From: Malacoraja senta
Lineage: Eukaryota
Assembly: GCA_038087875.1 (NCBI GenBank)
Contig: CM075993.1
Coordinates: 5,086,001 to 5,146,000 of the forward strand
Direction of reading: 5' to 3'
Length of the DNA: 60,000 nucleotides
Part shown: in pieces, positions 50,446 to 60,000 of the stretch
How positions within the stretch are numbered: the first letter of the stretch is position 1
Layout of the letters: each line of letters opens with the position of its first letter
Notes under the pieces: generated by a model
What the model was told of the DNA's origin: nothing
Databases searched by the model: none
Seen by the model: the letters and a program-made list of their open reading frames with translations, nothing else
Made by a program: the position numbers and the translations under genes

Positions 50446-51056
50446 TAAAAAAATGCATTTTGTTGTCTTATGAAAATACGTAAATTTATATAACACGTAA
50501 ATGATATAACACGTAAAAAGGGGAAGCTATTTTGCTGAATGCAGTTACAAAAACAAAGCACGACTAATCAAAGTCCACTGCACATTTCTGCTTTAAATAT
50601 CAAGAAATTAACTCAGTGGAACACCAATCATTTGTCATTTGAACGGCAGAACCAACTCTTGTTAAAAATGACGATGAACCCAAAACTAAAAAAAAAGTCA
50701 ATGCTAGAGTAACTAACCTGGTCAGGCAGTCTCTCTGGAGAACCTGGATAGGCAATGTCTGAAGAAGAGTCCCGACCTGAAACGGTGCCTATCCATGTTC
50801 TCCAGAGAGGATGTCTGCTCCGCTGAATTACTTCAGCATTTGCGGGGGGTTTTAAAACCACCATCTACAGTTCCCTGTGGCTCTAAAACAAAGGCCTTTG
50901 ACTGACCACTTTGCTTAGGGGAGGGGGGGGGGGCAGTTGGGGGAGAACGTGTGCAGTAAGGGTGGAATAAACTCTCAGCAGCTTGCCTCAATGAAGTGGT
51001 TCCAAAATGATTCTTTGGCTTTAAATTGAAAACCAGTGGAGTCAGGTTATATGTTT

Positions 51057-51262
51057 GAGAAGGAACTGCAGATGCTGGAAAATCGAAGGTAGACAAAAAT
51101 GCTGGAGAAAGTCAGCGGGTGCAGCAGCATCTATGGAGCGAAGGAAATAGGCAACATTTCGGGCCGAAACCCAAGGGTTTCGGCCCGAAACGTTGCCTAT
51201 TTCCTTCGCTCCATAAATGCTGCTGCGCCCGCTGAGTTTCTCCAGCATGTTTGTCTACCTCC
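51057..51262. mobile_element. Penelope-derived near-perfect palindrome
   Basis: Arms of about 85 bp centred on gccgaaacccaagggtttcggc. Confidence 0.85.
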
Positions 51263-52519
51263 GAGTCATGTTACATGATGGATTAAACATAAACTGCAAT
51301 GTAATTTGCATATAAAATACTTCCATACCCACCTCTCAACGATGAACTGAATGATTATATTTATGAACTTGTGGTCAGTAATGAAAATGGATTTCCACAA
51401 CTGAGTAGTTGGGGGCAATAACTTAAACGTTGGAGAAATTATTGCATGGTTCGGAATGCTGAAACGTTCCCTGCCATTATATTGACTGGTACGGTCCATC
51501 ATAACTCTCTTGTAGGGTTTTATAAAACAAACATTTAACATTGGCAATTTCTCAGTTCTCGCGTCTGAATAAATAGATGTTTGGAAGATTATGATGAGGC
51601 CTCTGTAAATTGCTTGTTTCCTTTGGGAACCCGGGTTGGTTTCCTGCTGCACCAGGTAATCAATAAATTTACATGCAGTTAATATCTACTTTATTAATTT
51701 TTAGCCTAGTCCAAATTTTAATGACATTCTTCTTTGCCAAAACCAACAGCATCATCTTTTTTTGTGAAAAAACAATCATTGTTTTGAAATAAACGGAGGA
51801 AAATTTATTGTTGGGCTCTTATTTTCATTTATAATCCTATTCATGTTCCTATGGCTATACAGTACATCATAATACATTAAAACCATAAATATCTGGCCCA
51901 AAAACGAATTATAACTTTCCATATGCTGTTCAGTATCTGCCAATGTGTGACATATGGTCAAGGTTGAACAAATGTTCAAAACCGATATTAAATGAAACAT
52001 ACTAGAAGTAGATTATAAATCATAATAGCATACCTCTTACATGGAGTAATAATATTTGTTAGTAGGTTCATCTGTTAAAAGTGATTCATGCACAGTTATA
52101 TAAATTATATCATAACATAATCAAAACTGCAGAACGTCTTTGAACATTTGGTAATTTAATGTGATGGTTTAGAATGTCACTTTGACTGGGAAGTGTGAAT
52201 TTTATCTTTTGCCGATTTATAAAAGGTCTATACAAGTATAAAACTACATGCAAACCTTTTAGGCAAAATGATTACCCATGAAGCAAATATCTGAACACAA
52301 TATAGGTAGCATTCCCATTAAAAAGAAAGGTTGGGGAAAGGCATTCATGGTGGCATGTGAAGAAGGATAGGCAAGTGATCAGCACCACTGCTATGAAGTC
52401 AAGTTGCCTTAGATATTGCTTAACAGCCAGCCAGCCAAGGTAGTTAATGGAAGCTGCAGTGCTAGAGCCGTCAGAGAGATCTGGGATTATTTCACAAAAT
52501 CCCAAAATCAATGCCTCAC

Positions 52520-52670
52520 CGGGTTGTAGTCAAACAAGCAGCAGGTAGCTTAAATCATCTGTGCTGGCAAGTTGTGCAGTTTCAGCTCACTAAACTCCAA
52601 CACTTAGTCAAACTACACTTAGTGCTCTTGACTCAGAGTTCCCAAAGAGAGGGAGAGAGCACGCATTGCA
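52520..52670 (-). other. Possible non-coding 5' exon or alternative promoter segment of PEAK1
   Basis: Unique non-repeat sequence with minus-strand donor CCG|GTGAGG at 52520 and AP-1 motif TGACTCA at 52629-52635. No direct evidence of transcription. Confidence 0.25.
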
Positions 52671-53411
52671 GGTAAACAAAACTACGTATTGTGGATTCGT
52701 CATGTAGGCTTGTGTTAGATATTCGGTTGTGCAAAATAGGCATTTTTATTATTTGGGTGTTGAATTTTCCATATTGTGACTTCAAAACGAATAAGCAACA
52801 TGTGGAATACTTTATCGGAATGTTTTTTTAATAATTTTATAGTTATCCCAGTTTAATGTAAATACAATTCTTGATGTTTCTATTTTGCCCACTGGACCAA
52901 AGATTTAAAGATGCTAAACTTTACAATAAAGAGATTTAGATGAGCAGTCTAAATCTTGATCAACGAGATGGCTTACATGACATTTATGGCTTCTACACAA
53001 AATGGAAATGTAATGCTTTCCTTGCAGCCATTTCAATTTTGAAACTTGCAACATTGTCCCACCACGTAAAGAATAATTTTGTTCAGATATCAACATTATG
53101 AATCCAATCAGCACCCAGTCTATACGATATGCACTTAGAAATGAATAAAGTTTAGATTAATTGAGGCCAATGTTTGAAGTGAGGTAATGCAGTCTAAACA
53201 CTTAATCTTTGTTTGCTTTCAGCAACCGACCACACTCACTGCAAATGGAATCATGATTTGAAGTTTGGCTGATGACCACAACTTAACTGCATCTGTTAAA
53301 CTTAAACTTCAGAGTTATTCAAGGCAAATATAACATTCTCATATAATTTATGACACATTTTAATACGCTTGGATATGATACCGTTTTCCTGTTTCTAGAT
53401 TAAGTGTAGCA

Positions 53412-53612
53412 AAGAACTGCAGATGCTGGTTTAAATCGAATGTAGACACAAAATGCTGGAATAACTCAGCGGGACAGGCAGCATCTCTGGAGAGGAATGA
53501 ATGGGTGACAGTTTGGGTCTGACTGAAGAAGGGTGTCGACCGGAAACATCACCCATTCCTTCTCTCCAGAGATGCTGCCTGTTCCGCTGAGTTACTCCAG
53601 CATTTTGTGTCT
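53412..53612. mobile_element. Penelope-derived inverted-repeat element
   Basis: tagacacaaaatgctgga...tccagcattttgtgtcta with central ctgaagaagggtgtcgaccggaaac. Confidence 0.8.
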
Positions 53613-56600
53613 AGATTGATTAAAATGCTCAACTGGAATAAACAGCAGTCATAAAGAAAAAATGTACTGTAAAAAGATTATTGATGCAGCAAACAATTAA
53701 TGCCATAGCAACATAGCTAAAATATTAAGATCATACATCCTTTGAGCTGCAAGCTATTTCAGCCAAATGCCATTACAATAACATGTTTCAGACACCAATA
53801 ATAGTTCAACTAATACAATGGTTTAACTAATACAAAAAGAATCCTCTTCACACAGGTAAGTTCCACAATTATATTCCCCCACGGAACCATTCTCAACTAT
53901 TTGGTTTAAAACAGGCGCAGGCAAAAACTTCACAAATTAAAATGCTTATATTTAAATATGCTTATATATTTAAATATTCTAAATTCATCAGACAGTTAAT
54001 ACTAACCATTTTCAGATTGTTTCTGTACTATAATTTTCATTCCTTCTTGCCGGACTCAAATCAATTACTTTAATACACTAAATTCAATTAATCTAACTTC
54101 ATGTTGTGTGCCCAGAGAAGGTTTTTGTGAGTGAATACAGGGAATACAGGTATTTCAGAAAGGAAGACCACTGCAAATCAGTCTAATCTTCCTCTCTCCG
54201 GATCATCAAGTACACTTTCCAAAATGGTCCATTGGTTACTTGATGGCAAATCAATACAAATATCCTGCCTGACTTTTGTTTCCCCCCCGCCCCCATTCTC
54301 TAATAACAATGAGACTCGTCTATTGTTTAAGAAAGAACTGCAGATGGTGGTAAAATCAAAGGTAGACACAAAATGCTGGAGAAACTCAGCGGGCGAGGCA
54401 ACATCTATGGAGAGAAGGAATTGGAGACCTTTCGGGTCGAGACCCGAAACGTCGCCAATTCCTTCTCTCCACCAAGACTCATCTATTGTTCCAAATCAGG
54501 ATCAATGTGTTTGTAATAAACCATATATCAACCAGACTATCAATCTGTTTGACTCATTATGAGATCACAGGTTGCAATAAATCAAATAAATCTTCAAGAG
54601 CACTGTCCTACTTCAAAAAACATGTGAAGTTAAAAAAATCAATGCCACATGCTGATAAAAGAAATAGTTTCATGCTTTGAATTGAAAACCTTTATGTTTA
54701 AAGCACAAACAGTGAACATATATAACTGGGAGCCTCAACATATCTGATTGCAGAGTTAAACACCACTAGTCTTTGATGGAGACACAAGAGACTCCAAACA
54801 CTGCAATTTTGAGTAAAGAAAATACAAATGGCTGGAGGAACTCATTAGTTCAGGCTGAATCTGTGAAGTGAAATATATCAATGATGTTTTGAATTAGCAC
54901 CTTTTCAGACTGACGGGAGTAGAGAGGAGATAGCTGGTTAAAAGAGTGAGGGAAAGGTGTGGGGTAAGAGCTGGAAAGTGATGGTGCAGGAAGGAACTAC
55001 AATCTGAAGAAGGGTCTCGACCCGAAACATCACCCATTCCTTCTCTCCAGAGATGCTGAGTTACTCGAGCATTTTGTGTCTATCTCCGCTGGAAAGTGAC
55101 AGGTGGGTCCAGGTAAGGAGGTGTTGATTGGCATAGGAGACAGGTGGGGACAGGTAAATAAGGCTGGTGGTAAGTAGAGAAGACAAAAGGGTGCAAATGG
55201 CGACATCTGATAAGAGAGGAAGGTGGGGAGTGAAATAGAGAGCTAAGGAGTGAGATGATGGGAAGAAGGGAATACCTTTCTTGGGGTGGGGATGGTTAGT
55301 AAAATGGGGGAGCCAGATCAGGGAGAGTGGCTGATGAACAGATGGAGATGGTAGGAAAGGGGAAAACAAACTGTAAAGTGTGGAAGTAAAACTTATGAAA
55401 AGGTTTTGATGAGGCCACATCTGGACCAGTGTGCAGAGCATACATCCATTTACTTAAGGAAAGATGTTGATGCATTGGCAACAATTTTGGGGGGAGGTTT
55501 CTGAAACTAATAATGAAACAAGTGGGTTGAAACACACAAAGGTAGATGTGGAGAGGATGATTATTAATGTGCGAGTCTAGAAAAATAAGTCGCCCTTTAA
55601 AATTATTGAATTGCTCATTTAATACAGACAAGTTTATTAATATATTCATCTCAGTGTTGAGCATCTATGGAACACTCTTTAAAGTGTGGTGGTGGAAGTA
55701 TCTGTGAATATTCTAAAGGCAGAGATAGATAGATTCTTGATATGCAAGTGGGTTAAAGGTTACCAAGGGCAGAGTTAACGTTACAATCATGTAACATCAT
55801 GCACAATCATGTTAAAGAGCAGAGCAGGATTGAGGAGTTGTGTGACATTACTCCTGCTAAAAGGACTCCTGCACAGTTAAACAATGTTAAGCAAAACTGG
55901 CAATCAGTTGTGATCAAATGTGTAATGTCATTTTCCTAGTTTTAAGGGGTAGGTTATCCAAAATGCGCCCAGTCATGTTTTAACTCAGACCAAGTCCCTT
56001 TCACCCATCAACCGAGTTACCTGCTGTCCTAACAGGTGACAATTGTACTTTAAAATTTTCACCATGGTTGAAAAATTCTTTCATGGCCTCACTCAACCAT
56101 CTCTGTGGTCGCCTTCAACACATGCTGCTCTCCTGGCCTGTATGTGTATACACTCCTTCAGCAGTCAGGGATCCAAGGTCAGGAATTCCCTCTCAACACG
56201 TAAAAAACCCAATTTGACCAAGTTTTGGGTAATTTTCCCTATTGTGGTCATATTATTAGGCAGCTTGGTTTTAAATGTACTTTGCTCAGAATACTTTCAG
56301 TTATTATATAAATGCATTTTGCTGTGGTAATTACATTTTAATTATAAAAGATCCTCAAAGGAATCATTATATACACTGTATTGTAAAATAAAAATGCCTA
56401 CAATTTAAATTGTTTTTATTCTTTGGTTTTCTTGTATCAGTAAAACAGTGTAGGCCACATTCCAATCCTAAGGTCATTTAAATGTCAAAAACACTATTTT
56501 GTATGCATTTTGCAACTTTAATGGAAACCAGATTGAAGAACTCTTTTTTGCGTCAACTACTGCAAGAGCTAAATTCAAAAATTGCAGCATTGCTGAAATC

Positions 56601-57049
56601 ATTTTATTTGGACTGAGGAACCATGAATAATTTTTCCTTTCTGTAAACTTATTTGTGCAAGAATATGAAATATTCGTCTTTGGCATGAAATCATTTTTCA
56701 TGGAAGCAACAATAAAGTGTGCAGCACAAAGAGTCCAGAACCTATTAATTTTTCACTTTCTCTTTCAAAACCTTCAGTACATAACATGCAGGACACAAAG
56801 AATATAATGTTACCCAATTCTTTATGGCAGAATTAATAGTTGTGAAAATATGATTTGATTTTATGGGGGATTTGGGCACAGCCAACAAGGACAGAAATTA
56901 ATTCTCATCCGTAAATGACAGAGAAGGTTGTGAACAGCTTTCTTGAACTGCTGCAATCTACCTGATGAATGGGTAAGAATTTCTGCCCATATTGCTGGGA
57001 GGAGATTTAAACCCAATGACGAAGGGACAGTAATGTCAGAATGGCCTAC

Positions 57050-57345
57050 TTTAGTTTTAGTTTAGTCTAGAGATACAGCGTGGAAACAGGCTCTTCGGCC
57101 CACCAAGTCCGTGCGATCCCCCCCGCACACTGACACTATCCTACACACACCCGTGACAATTTAGAATTTTACCAGCCAATTAACCTACAAACCTGTATGT
57201 CTTTGGAGTGTGGGAGAAAACCGGAGCAACCGGAGAAAACTCACGCAGTTCACGGGGAGAACGTACAAACTCCGTACAGACAGCACCCTTAGTCAGGATC
57301 AAACCCGGGTCTCTGGCGCTGTAAGGCAGCAACTCTAACGCTGTA
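57050..57345 (-). mobile_element. V-SINE/HE1-like tRNA-derived SINE
   Basis: Highly similar to 13384-13690. Confidence 0.85.
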
Positions 57346-57499
57346 CCCCCCTACTGCTTGGAAGAGAATATGCCAGGGTAGTATTCAATGCATCTGAAAT
57401 GGTTGCCCTGTTGCAGGGTCTCAAACTCAATTGTCGACCATCCCTTTGACTCCACAGATACTGCTTGACCCTCAGATTTTCCAGAAGTTTAGTTGTTTT

Positions 57500-58350
57500 A
57501 ACAGAGTGTTGTTTTTTTCAGACTGGAGGCCTGTAACAAGTGATGTGCCACTGGCATTGGTGCTGGGTCCACTGTTGTTTAGTATTTGTATTAATGATTT
57601 GAATGCAAATGTAGATGACATGGTTTGTAAGTTTGTAGTAAATGGAGTAGTTTTAGTAAATTTGTGGCATAGCAATCAGTGAAGGAGGATGCCTAAAATG
57701 GGATTTTGATCAACTGGGCCAAAGGGCTGAGGAATGGCAGAAGTAGTTTCATTCAGATAAATGCAAGGCATTGAACTTTGTTAAGATAAACCATTGCAAG
57801 AATTGCACAGTAATTGGTAGGACCCAGGGGAGTATTTTAGAACTTCTAGGGGTGCAGATACATAATTCCTTGAAAATGGCAACACAGGTAGGCAGCACAG
57901 ATTGGTGAAGAAGGCATTTGGCACACTTGTCTTGATTAGTCAGAGTATTGAGTAGAGAATTTAGGACTTAACAGCTGTACAAGGCATTGGTAAGGCCACA
58001 TTTGGACTACAGTGTGCAGTTCTGGTTACTTTGTTCTAGGAAGGATATTATTAAATGTGAAGAGCACAAGTAAGGAAAAATATCCAGTCTTTTCCCCCAG
58101 GTAGGGATGTACCCCCAGGTAGGGATAGGTTTAAGGCAAGAGGGGTAAGATTTCCAAGGGACTTGAGGGAGAACCTTGTCATGCAGAGGTGGTGTATATA
58201 TGGAACGAGGTACCAGATGAAGTGGTAGAGGTGGTTATAAATACGACATTTGAAAGATAATTGGACGGATACCTGCATAGGAAAGGTTTGGAGGGATTTG
58301 GGCCATGCGCAGGCTAATGGACCTGGCTGGATTAGGCATTTTGGTCTCCA
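57500..58350 (+). mobile_element. Old degenerate CR1 LINE RT fragment
   Basis: FSDWRPVTSDVP...VLGPLLFSICINDL and ggtaaggccacatttggactacagtgtgcagttctgg. Confidence 0.8.
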
Positions 58351-60000
58351 TGGTTATGATAGACTGGGTTTCTTTTCCTTGAAGCGAAGACACCAGATTA
58401 GGCGAAGGTTAAAGGAGATTTCCAAGGCAAGTTCCTTTTTCACAGATGCCTGGAACTCAGTGCCAAGAAATTGGAGGAAGTAATATGATGGCAATGTTTA
58501 CAAAGCAATTAGACAGACACAAACAGGCAGGAGGGATATAGACCATGGCAGGCAGTTGTGCATTCCACATTGGCATCATGGTTATCACTGATATCTTGAG
58601 CTCAAGGGTCTATTCATCTTTGTATCAATATACACCAAGCACACAAATTACATTGTCACCATTAATCATTTCTGATTAGATAATAGAAAGTTGAATGCGA
58701 TCTTGATCTACTGTAAACGAGAAGTTTGGCAAAATCTCTAATTTAACCCAAGTGCTCTCTCTCTCAGATATAAACTGGTCTCATGTTTTACAACACTAAA
58801 CAATGTCCTGTTACCATATTATCATCACATCTCCTTTTTCTCTGCAAGTTGATACGTTTCAATTTGTAACGTCTATGATTAGTCAAACCTTTGGCTTCTT
58901 CCATTATAATTACCTAATTAATTATGTCTAAACCATCACGAGGTCTTTTATTTTGAGAGAAAATAAAGCTGATGGTCCCCAAGATTGAAACAAAAATAAA
59001 TATACTATAATTACCCTGGGGCACTTAAAATATTTTTTTGAATTTGTTCAGTTAGGATACATCTCCTCCAAATAATATATCCTCAAATATTTAAATTCTA
59101 CAGTCAGTTATAAACACTCTTTTTTCCCTTTTATAAACTCCTGCACATCTTCTAGTATGACAATTAAACAAATCGTACATGATCTGACCTGACCCAGGCA
59201 CTTCTCAAACCAAAGTTTCTCAGTTCAGTCATTGCAAAGTGCTGGATCAGGGCAAACAGGGCAGTGATGGTTTTAAGGTCATGCTTTTTCTGGCTCTTCA
59301 ACAAAAAAATCAAACCACTTCTGAGATCACATCAAGCAATTGTGGCAAAATATAATGTACTTATGCTATTATATATTGATGCAAATAAAAATCTCTGCCA
59401 TTTTCAAATCAGAAGAATGCTGACTGACTGAAAATATTGGCATATTCGCCTATTCCTTCTCTCCATAGATGCTGCCTCACCAGCTGAGTTTCTCCAGCAT
59501 TTTTTTGTCTACCTTGGAATTGCTAAGTCACTTTTATACTGTTGCTGCTTTTCTAAACTTTGAGATGTTAGTGGATTTCAATGTCATTTCCAAGGAAATT
59601 ATTTCACACTTTAATATTTCCCCCAAAACGAATCTTGCTTTTTTCCTTTCTTACAGCATCGTAATCTCAACAAGAGGCTTTTGTTCTGTAAAAGTCAAGG
59701 ATTCCCACAGTTAAATTGATTTGTAGATGTAGTACAAGAAATTTCCATGCTCATTGTTCAGTCACCACTAACCATTTCTTAATCATGCAATATGGTCAAG
59801 TGTGCAGATACTTTCATTTTTTAATATTTGGCTGCAAAAACACTGCACAATACAGTGAATGGAATAAAGGCTCTACTTCTATATCTATTCTGTCACATTT
59901 CATCCTTTAGAATTTTTACAAGGATTCAATTAAAGCTTCTCACTGCTTCACAAATGGTTCAAAATTATGTTCCTCTCAAGCAAACCTTATCTCTTTACAT

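Noticed and set aside
51266..51652. ORF containing QRKQAIYRGL, resembling PEAK1 QRQALYRGL
   Set aside because: The similarity covers only about 9 residues, the flanks do not match, and it lies upstream of the start codon. Most likely coincidence.

Overview
Vertebrate genomic DNA, almost certainly from a cartilaginous fish and probably a skate or ray (judged from HER1-type CR1 LINEs, V-SINE-type SINEs and Penelope-type inverted repeats). It is not prokaryotic and contains no CRISPR, rRNA or true tRNA genes. The window covers the 5' and middle part of the pseudokinase scaffold gene PEAK1 (SgK269) on the minus strand. This includes a 3,323-nt first coding exon (27052-30374, ATG at 30257) and the 194-nt second coding exon ending in the SATYSN motif (15701-15894). 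The pseudokinase-domain exons are not visible. Two further splice-compatible exons, absent from the ORF track, were found by reading the sequence. One is a candidate internal first exon encoding MGSCVSDLS (16633-16661), which would make a short, N-myristoylated/palmitoylated, PEAK3-like PEAK1 isoform. The other is a symmetric in-frame 75-nt cassette exon (11983-12057). The rest is intron filled with CR1/HER1, L2, Rex1, Penelope, SINE and MITE (PIF/Harbinger, hAT) remnants. It also holds a 34-bp minisatellite, a long GA tract and a 200-N assembly gap. Most ORFs in the track are repeat-derived or random. All family assignments come from motif recognition, not database searches.
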